Of a DNA stretch of 64,000 nt, positions 1 through 11,100 are shown in pieces. Position 1 is the stretch's first letter. Every line of letters begins with the position of its first letter. The stretch lies in IMG/VR virus record IMGVR_UViG_3300028591_000176, positions 12,970 to 76,969 of that record; one strand, given 5' to 3'. This DNA is from a virus. Lineage: Duplodnaviria > Caudoviricetes. Position numbers and translations under genes: made by a program. The notes beneath the pieces were generated by a model. The model was not told the DNA's origin and searched no databases. It worked only from the letters and a program-made list of their open reading frames with translations.

Positions 1-4
1 TATA

Positions 5-2020
5 TTGGGTGACAGAACTTGGAGCGGCTATTTTTACGATGTAGAGAGCGCGATAAAGGCACTTGAACCATTTGATAATGCCAATATTTATTATTCTGTC
101 AACGAAGTCAAAAAAGCATGCGCAAGCCGCGACCAATTCAATTGCTTTAGACAGGTTAAAGGAACTGCTACAAGCAAGCAGGATATAGCGCACCGTTGGT
201 GGTTGCCTATTGATGTGGATTGTGAGCGTCCAAGCGGCGTTAGCTCAACGGATGCAGAAAAAGCAAAGGCACACAAGAAGGCACAGGACGTATTTGTTTT
301 TTTGCGTGACAATGGCTTTAGCACGCCAGTCGTTTGCGACTCATCAAGCGGCTATCATTTGCTTTATCCTATTGATATGGATAACACACAAGAAAGCGAA
401 GATGTTATTAAGGCTTTTCTTGAAATCCTTGCGAACAACTTTACTGATGAGAGCGTTAAAATAGACACAGTTTTGCATGACGCAAACAGGATACTTCGTT
501 TGTCTGGAACTTTCGGTCGCAAAGGGCGTTCAAGCGAAGAACGTCCGCATCGTCTTGCAAAGATTCTTGCAGTACCTAAAGACTTTCGTCGCATGACAGC
601 TTCTCAGATAGAGAGTTTTAACGAGAAGTATTCGATAAAGATAGAGCAACCTCAACGGCGGGCTTATAACGCAAACGAGGCTTGCCCTGAATTTAATTTG
701 CGCGATTTTATTCAAAAATATGGTATAGAGATTGCGAAAGAAGTCCCAATTAGCGGAGGAGGAACGAAATACGTTCTAGCCCATTGCCCATTTGATGAAG
801 GACATAAAGCTCCTGATTCTGCTTTGTTTGAACTTCCTAACGGTGCTATTGCTTTTAAATGCTATCATAATTCTTGTTCGCAATATGATTGGCGTGCGTT
901 TAGGCTGCATTTTGACCCCCACGCATACGACCATGAAAGTGAGCCACGGCAATACGCGAAACAAATACCGCAGCCGCGCCAATATGCCGTTCAAAAGCCT
1001 AAATATGTGATAAAGGACGAGTCGCCAGAGTTAGGCGGCAAGTGGCTTTCTTTGTCCGACATAAAAAAGGTAGACCTTTCGCAGATAGAGACCGTGAAGA
1101 CAGGGTTTGCCGAACTTGACAGGGCTATCGTCGGACTGAACATGGCCGAGGTCACGTTGCTTAGTGGCAGCAATAGCTCTGGAAAATCTTCATGGCTAAA
1201 TACCCTTATCCTTAATGTCATCAATCAGGGTACAAAGGTCGCGCTGTGGTCAGGCGAGCTGCCAGACTATATTCTGAAAACGTGGATACAGATGGTTGCT
1301 GCTGGCAAACGCAACTTGCGCCTGTCTCAATTTAAGGAAGGCAAATATTATGTGCCTGATAACATTGCTGCGCACATCGACCAATGGCTTGATGGGAAAT
1401 TCTTCCTGTACAACAATGAATATGGCAACACATGGGAGCAGATATTCCATGACATGAATGAATTGCTAAAACTTGGAGTTAAATTGTTTGTACTTGACAA
1501 CCTTTTTAGCCTTAATATCGACCTGCTTGAAGGTGACAGGAATAACAAGCAGAAAGAACTTATATTGCAGATTAAGGAGTTTGCGAAAAAGAACAAGGTA
1601 CATATCATTCTGGTTGCGCATCCTAGAAAGGCGATGACATTCCTGCGCAAGAATGACATTAGTGGTACTAGCGACTTAACTAATGCCGTCGATGATGTGT
1701 TCATCATACACCGCGTTAACAATGACTTTTTGCGCACTGGCGAGGAGTTCTTTGGCAAAGGTTCTATGAGCCGCTTTGAAAGCTATGGAAATGTGGTCGA
1801 GGTTGCAAAGAACCGTATGTATGGCGTTGTAGACCTTATGGTTGGGCTGCACTATGAAATAGAAAGCAGGCGGTTTAAGAACAGCATCGATGAAGATTTA
1901 AGATACGGGTGGGAGGCAGAGCCGCAGCAACAATCCTTTGAATACAACGAACCAGCACCGCAGGAAAGCGATGATGGCCTGCCTTTTGCTGCCTTTACTG
2001 ATAGCAATGCCCCATTTTAG
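5..2020 (+). CDS. Primase-helicase fusion (AEP-type primase, Zn-binding linker, DnaB/Twinkle-like SF4 helicase); N-terminus probably cut by the window edge
   Basis: AEP motifs WWLPIDVDC, SGYHLLY, RILRLSGT; CPF..H...CYHNSC; Walker A SGSNSSGKS, LFVLDNL, LVAHPRK, DISGTSDLTNAVD. Confidence 0.85.
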   Translation: MGDRTWSGYFYDVESAIKALEPFDNANIYYSVNEVKKACASRDQFNCFRQVKGTATSKQDIAHRWWLPIDVDCERPSGVSSTDAEKAKAHKKAQDVFVFLRDNGFSTPVVCDSSSGYHLLYPIDMDNTQESEDVIKAFLEILANNFTDESVKIDTVLHDANRILRLSGTFGRKGRSSEERPHRLAKILAVPKDFRRMTASQIESFNEKYSIKIEQPQRRAYNANEACPEFNLRDFIQKYGIEIAKEVPISGGGTKYVLAHCPFDEGHKAPDSALFELPNGAIAFKCYHNSCSQYDWRAFRLHFDPHAYDHESEPRQYAKQIPQPRQYAVQKPKYVIKDESPELGGKWLSLSDIKKVDLSQIETVKTGFAELDRAIVGLNMAEVTLLSGSNSSGKSSWLNTLILNVINQGTKVALWSGELPDYILKTWIQMVAAGKRNLRLSQFKEGKYYVPDNIAAHIDQWLDGKFFLYNNEYGNTWEQIFHDMNELLKLGVKLFVLDNLFSLNIDLLEGDRNNKQKELILQIKEFAKKNKVHIILVAHPRKAMTFLRKNDISGTSDLTNAVDDVFIIHRVNNDFLRTGEEFFGKGSMSRFESYGNVVEVAKNRMYGVVDLMVGLHYEIESRRFKNSIDEDLRYGWEAEPQQQSFEYNEPAPQESDDGLPFAAFTDSNAPF

Positions 2021-2049
2021 CATCTTTTATATTAAAAATCATTAAATAA

Positions 2050-2081
2050 TTTGGAACGTATCAAATAATATCCTAACTTTG
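2050..2081 (+). promoter_or_regulatory. Bacteroidota primary-sigma promoter
   Basis: TTTG at 2050-2053, 20-nt spacer, TAACTTTG at 2074-2081. Confidence 0.75.
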
Positions 2082-2122
2082 CACCACAATTCACTTAATT
2101 ATTAATTAATACACCTTATCGC

Positions 2123-2599
2123 ATGAAACCAAAAATTAATGTATCAGATGAACTTGCAAAGCTTTGCGAGAAATTTAAAGAGGATTCCGATTTCCTTGCC
2201 GTGTACAAGAATGGCAATCAAGTGGAAATCGCACTTATGGGCAATGATGACGATTTGCCTGAAATGTTTTCAAGGATGATTGAGGACTATCTGAACAACA
2301 CCGATGCAGAAGGTATCCAGAAGGTTGCAAACATCATCATTACGGCTGTTGAAAAAGTTCTTTCCAAACACGGCTTGGCAAGTTTGGGGTTAACGGTGCG
2401 CCTTACCGAAGCCATTGTCAAGAGCGTAACAAAGACACCAAAGCCTAGCAAGAAAAAGGCAAAGAAAGAAGACGAAGAAGATGACAAAGACTGTGAAAGC
2501 TGCGAGTTCCTGAAAGAATGTACTCTTAGCGAAGCAGTAGCCACACGCAAGCGTCTTGGCATCCCCAGACCTAAGAAGGCAAGGAAAAACAACGAATAA
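2123..2599 (+). CDS. Hypothetical protein with C-terminal CxxC(x5)C and charged tail
   Basis: 158-aa ORF downstream of promoter; CESCEFLKEC. Confidence 0.7.
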   Translation: MKPKINVSDELAKLCEKFKEDSDFLAVYKNGNQVEIALMGNDDDLPEMFSRMIEDYLNNTDAEGIQKVANIIITAVEKVLSKHGLASLGLTVRLTEAIVKSVTKTPKPSKKKAKKEDEEDDKDCESCEFLKECTLSEAVATRKRLGIPRPKKARKNNE

Positions 2600-2601
2600 C
2601 G

Positions 2602-3015
2602 ATGGAAAAGCCGACGTTATACTATAAGGATGAAAAAGGCAGGTATCGGGTTTACGAAGAACCTGAGCCTGCTTTTGACAATCGCCTGTTTAGACGTGTC
2701 GTGCGTGGAAAGAAAGTCGAGTACAAGCCTTGTTCAATGCTTATGACCAACGACCTTGAAGAAGGAGTATGGGTTGTAGTTAAGCATGAGGGCAGTAAGT
2801 CTTTCACAAGCGGAAAGTACATGAACGAACGCTACATGCTCTTAAAGGCTAGCGATATTCAGGAAGTATCTCTTTCAAAGCTCGGCGGGATGGAACGGCT
2901 TGCCAACCACCTATCTCGCCACTGGCAGGACATCCCAAAGGGATTGTCTATCTATGACACATGCTGCGCCATTGTCGGTCTGCTTTTTAAATACGAAAAG
3001 GAAAAGGAAGCATGA
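2602..3015 (+). CDS. Hypothetical protein
   Basis: 137-aa ORF, tight operon spacing. Confidence 0.7.
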   Translation: MEKPTLYYKDEKGRYRVYEEPEPAFDNRLFRRVVRGKKVEYKPCSMLMTNDLEEGVWVVVKHEGSKSFTSGKYMNERYMLLKASDIQEVSLSKLGGMERLANHLSRHWQDIPKGLSIYDTCCAIVGLLFKYEKEKEA

Positions 3016-3120
3016 TAAACGCCCGTAGGCGCGTTAAAAACACAAAGGTGGGCAACTATACTACATCATGGGCAAAAGCCCGCCAAAACGGCTTAAAATA
3101 GCCTTAAAACGAATTTTGAA
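3016..3120 (+). repeat. Dispersed ~100-bp intergenic element, copy 1
   Basis: GGTGGGCAACTAT (3047-3059) + 30 nt + GGCTTAAAA (3090-3098); same arrangement at 41027-41077. Confidence 0.6.
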
Positions 3121-3122
3121 CG

Positions 3123-3524
3123 ATGGATATAAACTTTCTAGGGCATATAGATGGGATACGATACACGGAAACTGCTGCTATCGTTACCGCAAGCGAGAGA
3201 AGGAAAGGGTTCAGAAAGTCCGATGGAACTATCGTGGATGATGAAATACTTACTTTCCGATTCTTGTTCAAGCCCTATTTCAAAAGCTATATCAGCAAAC
3301 ATTTCAATTCTGGCATGCTGGTAAAGATAAAAGGAGTCATGCTGCCTTATGCAAAAGACCATCAGGGCAACATCATTGATGGTTTCACGTTGCTAGGGCA
3401 GACGATTGACATGGCATCTTATCAGACGAGCAGTGTTAAAGCTGAAAAGAGAATGATGAAAGAGTCGCAAGCGGCAAGCAATGAGACGCCAGACCTAGAC
3501 GGATTCCAGCAGCCAGATTTTTAA
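3123..3524 (+). CDS. Single-stranded DNA-binding protein-like (OB fold, acidic C-terminus)
   Basis: INFLGHID...GMLVKIKG pattern; C-terminal PDLDGFQQPDF. Confidence 0.55.
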   Translation: MDINFLGHIDGIRYTETAAIVTASERRKGFRKSDGTIVDDEILTFRFLFKPYFKSYISKHFNSGMLVKIKGVMLPYAKDHQGNIIDGFTLLGQTIDMASYQTSSVKAEKRMMKESQAASNETPDLDGFQQPDF

Positions 3525-3531
3525 CGATATT

Positions 3532-3909
3532 TTGTTTAACAAAGATAATTGCGCAATTATGAAAAAGGAAAAGACATTTGAAACGCCGCAGGAAGAGATT
3601 GCTTACCTGCGCAAACAGAATGCTGGGCTACGCGGCTATTGCCGAAAGCTTGAACAGGAAGTTGAACGCTTCAAGCGTTTGGACAAAGAAGGTGATGAGC
3701 TGAACGAAAAACGCCTTGCAGAGTGCGAGAACTACCTTGCTGCCCTAAGTACAAAGGACAAGGTTATTACCGAGCTGACCAAGAAGTTGCAGCGTGCAAA
3801 CGAAAAGAACATTGAGCTTACTGGCGACAATAGCCATCTTCGTGAAGAGTACGGAAAGGTCAAGGCTTTCATGGCGTTGCCGTGGTATAAAAGGATTTTT
3901 GCGAAATAG
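3532..3909 (+). CDS. Coiled-coil hypothetical protein (start may be 3559)
   Basis: Heptad-rich sequence ending LPWYKRIF. Confidence 0.65.
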   Translation: MFNKDNCAIMKKEKTFETPQEEIAYLRKQNAGLRGYCRKLEQEVERFKRLDKEGDELNEKRLAECENYLAALSTKDKVITELTKKLQRANEKNIELTGDNSHLREEYGKVKAFMALPWYKRIFAK

Positions 3910-3944
3910 GATTCTGCCATAAGGTTAATTGTTTTGAGAAGGGT

Positions 3945-3982
3945 GAAGCCCGCTGTCCTCACGGATGACGGGCTTCCTTTTT
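3945..3982 (+). terminator. Intrinsic terminator between convergent operons
   Basis: GAAGCCCG...CGGGCTTC stem followed by CTTTTT. Confidence 0.75.
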
Positions 3983-4022
3983 AATCGTATAAAAAATAGA
4001 ACAGAAAAGAAGTAGTACACCT

Positions 4023-4508
4023 TTATGATGATGTTTGTGGTGCGTCTAGAGTGTGTAACGTAAGTGTTCCTAGGATATATGAATCATTTCCGCGACCGAG
4101 CTTCACCGTAGTCGGCTTGTATGCCGAAAGGCACACGCAATGAACATACTTGTTCCCCATGTATCCGCTTTGAATCCACACATCGCTGTCTGTCATGTAT
4201 TTGACAAACGTGTCATGTGTCGCCTGAGCGTCAAAGTTTAGCGATGACGAATACCTATTGCCTACAATAAAGGTGATGGAAATGTCCACGTTCTCACGTA
4301 CGACTACTGGCTGATTACTCTGATTTACCGTGGTTATCAGGAAATCCTCTGCCTGCTCATTCACCCATTGCGCCGTGTAGATGTTCACTGGCTTGCCTAG
4401 TTCCAGAAAGCCATCCATCTTTAGAATCCTTACGCCGCTGAACTGTGTCTCGATGTCTTGAAAAGTCCCACTCGCACTATTCTTGACTTGATATATTGGT
4501 TTGTTCAT
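4023..4508 (-). CDS. Distal tail protein-like
   Basis: 161 aa, last gene of tail operon downstream of tape measure; beta-rich. Confidence 0.5.
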   Translation of the reverse strand: MNKPIYQVKNSASGTFQDIETQFSGVRILKMDGFLELGKPVNIYTAQWVNEQAEDFLITTVNQSNQPVVVRENVDISITFIVGNRYSSSLNFDAQATHDTFVKYMTDSDVWIQSGYMGNKYVHCVCLSAYKPTTVKLGRGNDSYILGTLTLHTLDAPQTSS

Positions 4509-5107
4509 AATCTCAACTCCTTTCTAAATTCCTTAACTTTGCCCATGCAATATTTTCCTATCGTAACATCACATTGGTCGCTATACTTGAAAACCGTCAC
4601 ATTACTCTCTTCATCAATGTCGCTTAACGTTACCTTGCTGTCATCAAAGAGCATTATCGTAACGTTATTGTAACCTCCGCAAACGATACGCACATCAGAC
4701 GAACACCCAACATAAATTTTAATGGCTTTGGTGGCTTTAATTTCCATAAGTGGTATAGTTGACCACATGATGCACAAAACATCGTCAGCGTGGCTTAAAA
4801 TGCCGTTATAGCCAACATATAGCTCGCTTTTATAACCACCCTTTACGCCATCAACATCTATGGCGGTGTATTTGCCATTGATGTAGTCGCCAAAATCATT
4901 CATCAACGATTCCATTGTCATGCCATTGCCCTCATGGGCAAACGTAAGCAAATGAGGTATCGCCTGCATCGAGAGTGCCAAATCGACAAGTTTACGCTTG
5001 TCTTTGCTAGCGGCCTGCCACAGACCCTTGTATTCAGTACAAAGGTCTGCGAGCAGCGCGTTCTTATAATATTCCTGTATTGCTTCCATAATCCACTTAA
5101 CTTGCAA
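4505..5107 (-). CDS. Tail-associated hypothetical protein with short beta-solenoid-like repeats
   Basis: Directly after tape measure; SDVRIVC/NNVTIML/SKVTLSD/SNVTVFK/CDVTIG repeats. Confidence 0.55.
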   Translation of the reverse strand: MQVKWIMEAIQEYYKNALLADLCTEYKGLWQAASKDKRKLVDLALSMQAIPHLLTFAHEGNGMTMESLMNDFGDYINGKYTAIDVDGVKGGYKSELYVGYNGILSHADDVLCIMWSTIPLMEIKATKAIKIYVGCSSDVRIVCGGYNNVTIMLFDDSKVTLSDIDEESNVTVFKYSDQCDVTIGKYCMGKVKEFRKELRL

Positions 5108-8100
5108 GTTCGACGGTAAAGGCTCGTCCCGATGGCGTTAATACACCCTCTAGGATTCCGTGTATGGCCATCTGCGTCTGATAGCTGTATTGCAGCTGCA
5201 AGAGTATCTGGCTTATAGTCCCTAGTTGAGCATCAAAGTTAAACCCGACAACAACGTCACGAATCTGCGTCAGGATGTCCGTATGCAGGTACATCTGCTG
5301 TGACACATTGTTCATGTACGCTTCTAATGCGCCTGCCGTGTCTTCGGTTATCCCCTGAATGCCTTGCTGCAATGCACTTAGCTGCTTGTTGGCTTCAAGC
5401 GTCTTTGGTAGTATTCCAAGACGCTCTAGGTTGCCATAGAACTCACTTAGCGCAATATTGATTTCCTCTGCCGTAACACCAGCATCTTGTGCTATCTTGC
5501 GAAGCTCGTTCGTGGTAAGGAAATGGCCTCCTTCACTGCCTTCATCGGAGAATTTTTTGATTTCAGAGTATAGTGGGTCAAGTAGAGTGCCAATAATCTC
5601 GTTTATGACACCTTTTTTGACAAGATTCTGAATCATTTCATCCATCTTCTCATTCATAGCGTCAAGCGTGTTTTCTCCAGCGCGCCATGCCTGTACCCAA
5701 GCATCGATAAACGCCTCCGCTGCACCCTTGATGTCCGAGCCAGTCAACATTTCAACCACACCATCTGTAAGGTCTTTTAGCTCGCGCTTTGCACTAGCCA
5801 CCTCACCTTCAAGTTCTATGATTGCATCTTCGTCTTGCTTCTTTTTCTTTCTAGACTTTTCAAGTTGCAGCTGACGTTCAAGTTCTGCAAGTTGTAGCTT
5901 CTTGTTTTCAATGGCAGCTCGTCTAGCACCTATTTCGGCAGCACCCATGCTCTTTTCGACAGCATATTCAAGTTCTTCGTAAGTATTTTGCAAGCGGTTG
6001 ACCGCCCGCTTTGAACTTTCAATGTTGCGTGTGATTTTCTTGTCACTATTATCAAGCCATGTGCTTACCGCGTTCCACGTTCCCTTGATAACGTTAACCG
6101 TGCCGCCAATGAAGTCGCCAGAATATATTTGTGCCACGCCCTGTCCTGCCTGCGAAAGTCCTTCTAGTGTGTTAGCGACATCATTTATTGCCTCAACGGT
6201 ATCATCACCAGCACCAAGGGCTGCAAAAATTTCACCGATGGTTTTTAAACCATCAGCAGCTTTCTTCGCCTCGTCGCCGACAAGTTCCAATGCGTGTGCC
6301 CAGTCAACCATTTTGTCCTCGTCCTTTGTGAGCGATTCTTTTATCTTCTGGAATGAAGATTGTGTCTTTAGAATTTCCTTGTTAACCTTGTCAAGCTGTG
6401 CCTCTCTGGTTCTGCGGCTTATTCGTGCAGTACCACCTTGCGGGTCGGTAACGGTGTAACTGCCGTCGCTATTAAGGGTGGCTGTTTCAAGCATCCTCCT
6501 TAACTCCAAGGCAATCTTGCGTGTCATTGCTGCGCTATGTTCCGCTATGCCGCCAAACAATGCCTTGTACGTCGGGAGCATTTGCAGTATATCTTCTTGC
6601 AGTTTTGCAATGACCTGTTCCTGTTCCTTAATTTCAAGTTCAAGCAACTTGCGCTTTTCTTCGTGCGTTTCTTCTGCAAGCTTCTGGCGTAGACGTTCTA
6701 GCTTTTCCGTTTCAATGGCTATCTTTTCGTCTACATCCGCAAGCTTGTATTGCAGTTCCTGTGTTTTTTTTAGCGTTTCTTTTGCATCTTTTTTACGCAG
6801 CTCCTGTATCTCTTTGTAGTTCTTTTCAATTGCATCAAACGTAGATTGGTCGAGAACACCGTCAACGACTTGATTTCTGTACGTTTCTATGTCGTCACGC
6901 GTAAGGTCTAGAGTTGGCAACCTAAAATCAATCTTGCGCTGCTCAAAAGACTTGTTTAGTGCACTAAGAACACGCTCCGCGTACTGGTCTATGGTTTGCG
7001 GTAATGCGTTCGGGTCGATGTCAAACATATCCAAGAACATGTCGCCCATTTCTGGATTGGCATCAAGTTCTACGGCTAGTTCATATTCATCTTTCAGCTT
7101 GCCAAGTTCATTGTTCAGCCCGTCTGTGATTTTCTTGTAATCAATCTTTGTGATTTCGACATTGATGTTGGCAAGAGCCTTTTCAAGTGCCTCTACGCCC
7201 TTTGTGTTGTTCAGCGCATTAGCAACTTTTATCTGCTCTTGGTAGAACTCACGGACTTTCTGCAATGGCAATGCCGCAAGCTCTTCGGATGACAGAGTTT
7301 GAACACCATACTTTCGTAGTGTCGCATTGTTCTTAATGATGGTGTTGCCGTACTCTTCTGTAGCTTTAGCTATAGCTGTTTGTGCATCAACACCTATCTG
7401 CTTGTATTCTTTGAAACGTTTCTGGATGTCAGTTATGAGCTGCACCTCCTTGGTAAGGGCATCACCTAGGACGTCTTTCTTTGAGCCGCCGCCTTTGCCT
7501 CCTTTTGCAAATTGCTCGTAATCAAACCCTTGATTGTCCGCAATTTCTTTTAAAACTTTATTTTGGCTAATAAGCGTATTAAGCTCGTTTTGTTTTGCAT
7601 TCTTGTCAATGTCGCTTAACTTTGCACTGTTTGCAAGCTGCTTGTTTAAAGACTCGATATTTTTCGAGTTGTTTTGATATTCTTCGCCAAGACGCTTTTC
7701 CCATTCAACATTGTCTTCTTCTTCTTTTTTTATGTAAGTACCGTACTTTCTGACATTTTCTTCTCTTTCTCTAAAATAACGGTCAGCAGTCATTAATCCA
7801 GCACCCTCTGGTTCAATGTACGTGTTTTTGTATTTCTCTATTTGCCTGTCTATCTCTTTTTGTTCTGTTCGCTTATAGACAACGTTTATAACAATGTCTG
7901 GCGTGTTGCGCAGGTTTGCTATTTGTTCCTGAATAAGGTTGTACGACCCGATTGCTCTTTCCTGCATTAATTCCGTGGCTTTGTCCCAAAGTTTTACAAA
8001 ATCCTCACTGCCAGTTTGGTTCGTCTTAACAAGGAAGTCCATTCGTTCTCTGTCTTTCTTGTTAAGTTGGTCAAAAAAGGTTTCCCAAGCAGAACGACTT

Positions 8101-11100
8101 CCTTCTACTGCAGCAATGTTGGAATTTGTTATCACTTTGTTAGCGACACCTTGCTTTGCAACCCATTTATCTAAGGCATCGTTTAACAATGCCTGCCCTT
8201 CTGCTGTGATTTTTTGTCCCTTTTCTGTTGCAAGGAAATTGTCGCGAACAATCGACGCAAACTCCCGTATGTTCGCCAGCTGCGTAGATGGGTCGTCACC
8301 CATTATTCTTGAAATGTCGGCTTTGTCTAAAATCCCCGTAAAACGCTCCAACTCCGAGTATGCCTCCTCTGTGTCCCTACGAAAACCAGACAACAGCTGT
8401 TTAGCACCAAGAGAATAATCTTCATTTGCCTTTGCTAGGCTACCATATTTGTTTTGAATAACGTTTAGGTGGTCTGCATAGTCTATTAGGTCTTGTGCAA
8501 GACTGTCGTCTGCATAACCGCCTCCCATATTAAACAAACCGCGTTCTGCAATCCGCTTCGCCTCTTTCTCTATTTCTTGCGTCTGCTCTAGTACTCTTTT
8601 CCCTACATTAATTCGGTTGCCTAAATCTTCTATTTCTTCTAATATGGAAACGTATTGCTTTGCGTTTTTGTTTGTTTTTTCTATTTCCTCTTGCATCCGT
8701 TCCCACATCTTCGACTTGTCTGATGCACTAGCGTTATCTATTGTGTCTAGCTGTTTGTGGTATTCGTCAAAGAACTTATCTATGGAGTTAATGTTTTCGT
8801 CAGCTGAATCTGCAATGGACTTGTTTAGTGCCTCATTCGCTCTTAGTAAGTCTTTGTACGAAAAACTGAGATACATAATTGCAGCCGCGCCAGCCATTGC
8901 CCAATTCCACGGATTAGAAAACACTGACACTAGAGATTTTAGTACGCTCTTAGCGGTATTCCCTAAAGCACCCCACATTTTCATATTACTTGCAAGGGCT
9001 GTATTTACTTGTACAAGACCAGTACGAACCGCAACGAGTTGAGCAGCCCTTACTAAACCAAAAGCGACAACAACCCCATATAGGATGTTACCAAACTCTC
9101 TCCATCGTTCAAACAGCCATTTTAATGCGGCTAGCCCAGAGGTAATGATGCCTTGCGAGTCTTTTCCAATTTCGTTAAGCATATTATTCCACGCAAGCGT
9201 CAGGTTGGCAAGCCGAACTTTTAACGTATCTGCTGCCTTCTCTTGGAAATTAAAGAATTTTCCGCCTTCGTCAGTCATTTTGTTGACAACTTCCATTACC
9301 TCGTTGTATCCTATGGCTTTTTTCTTGATTCTGTCATAGACATCGGATACGCTGACCAAACGCCCTTCTAGCTGTGTGTAATAGTCTGATAATTCTTTGA
9401 CAAGAGGAATACCAGCGTTGCTAAACATGCGCGCATCGCGTGCGTTAAGATAGCCGTAAGCTTTAATCTGACCCAGTGCGTAAGTAAGTCGTTCAATTGG
9501 TATTCCAACGGCAGCTGCCATGTCAGCCAAACGCTTTGTCGTGTCTACAACATCTTTTGCGGCGACATCATAAGCAACAAGCTGCTTTGCAGCTGCGCCA
9601 AGCTCCATAGTCGTAAACGGCGACTTGATTGCCATAGCGTTTAACTCCGCAAAAATCCTTGTGCCGTTCTGTGCGCTGTCTATAAGAATGCCGATTGAAC
9701 GTTCAAGTAATTCGTATTGCCCTCGTACCTCTATGAGCTGCTTTATAAAGCTAGTTGTTGCTCCTACTGTAAAGTAAAACGCAAGGCGATTCTTCATGTA
9801 ATTCCATGAACGCGCAAGTGCTTCGTTCTGGGCTATCATGTTGTTTTGTGTCCGCATCCATTTGTCTGCCTCACGCTGTAACCTAGAAAGGGCTTCATCA
9901 ACCTGCCTTATTTCGTTTGCCGCATTTTTGTTTGTAAGGTCAATGCTAAGTTTATAAGAACGCAAGCGTTGCATTTTGTATGCAATGTCGTCCAGTGTCC
10001 TTTCGTCGCCCGCTAGTGCAGCCTTTAAATTAATTGGCGTATTGAGAGTTCTTTGCATAATATGTGCAGCGCGTGTGGTCGCTTGGAATCTCTCTACAAT
10101 GTGGTCGCCTTTTCCTGCATTAATTTGTGCAACGGTTAGTCTTTCGTATTGTTCGGTAAGCTTTTTGAGGTTTTCGCGCAAACTTTTTAACGTCGATTCG
10201 TTCCCTATTTCAAATCCTTCTCTTCTTTTAAAAACAGAACTGTTGTACTCTCTGACAATCGTTATGGCTTTTTGGGCTTTCTCTATATCAGCCCTAAGTG
10301 CTTGCCCAACAGCCGACTCCCTTTCTGCTGGAGATAAGTCAAAATAAGCCCTTCGCATTTCGACCACAGCCTGCGTCAACTCTTTTATCCCCTTGATTGG
10401 TGCACTGCTCGGAACACTGGCTTGCTGATGCATCGAGTTTATTATTTCCTTGGATGTTTGACGCGCAGCCTCGCCCGTTCTTTTTATTTCTTCTCTTCTT
10501 TGTCGTTCCCTTTCTATCGATGTTTGACTGTATTCTTGCTCCTTTGCTGCTGCGGCTCTAGCTTGCTGTTTCTGATTTTCTATTTCACTGGTATATTGCT
10601 TTGTTGCTTGCACGGCTTCGGCTGCTGTCGCGGTTTGCTTTTGCATTTCAGACCGCCCCTGCTTGAACCTCTCGTTTAACGCTGCAAGTTCTGGGTTGGC
10701 CTTTTGAAGACTGTTAACGTAGTTTTGTATCGCATGGCCTTGCGGTGCAATAACGTCACCCATTTGCGAAATACTCGCGCGCAACGCACGAATCTGATTG
10801 ATGGTGCTATGAACAATTTCTTCGTATTTGTGAACACCCGCCGTTGCCATTTGGAAATATCCTTTATCTCCAGTTGTTGATGCGTCTCTCGCCATAGCGA
10901 CGTAAGCGGAATATTGAGACCTAGCATCGCGCAACTTTTGAACAAGCAAATCAAGCTGTATGTTCATGGTTTGCAGAGTGTCGGCGTTACGGATTCCATT
11001 CGGATTTGCGGTTCGTATTGCAACTTGCTGCGCACGCGCCATTTCATCAAGAGTCGTTTTTTGCACCTTATATGCGCGCGTCGTCTCTTTTATTGCCTCT

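Noticed and set aside
5668-10679. Many +strand ORFs antisense to the tape measure gene (and similar antisense ORFs over capsid, terminase and hub)
   Set aside because: Ser/Phe/Leu-rich shadow frames of long coding genes, with no promoter or motif support
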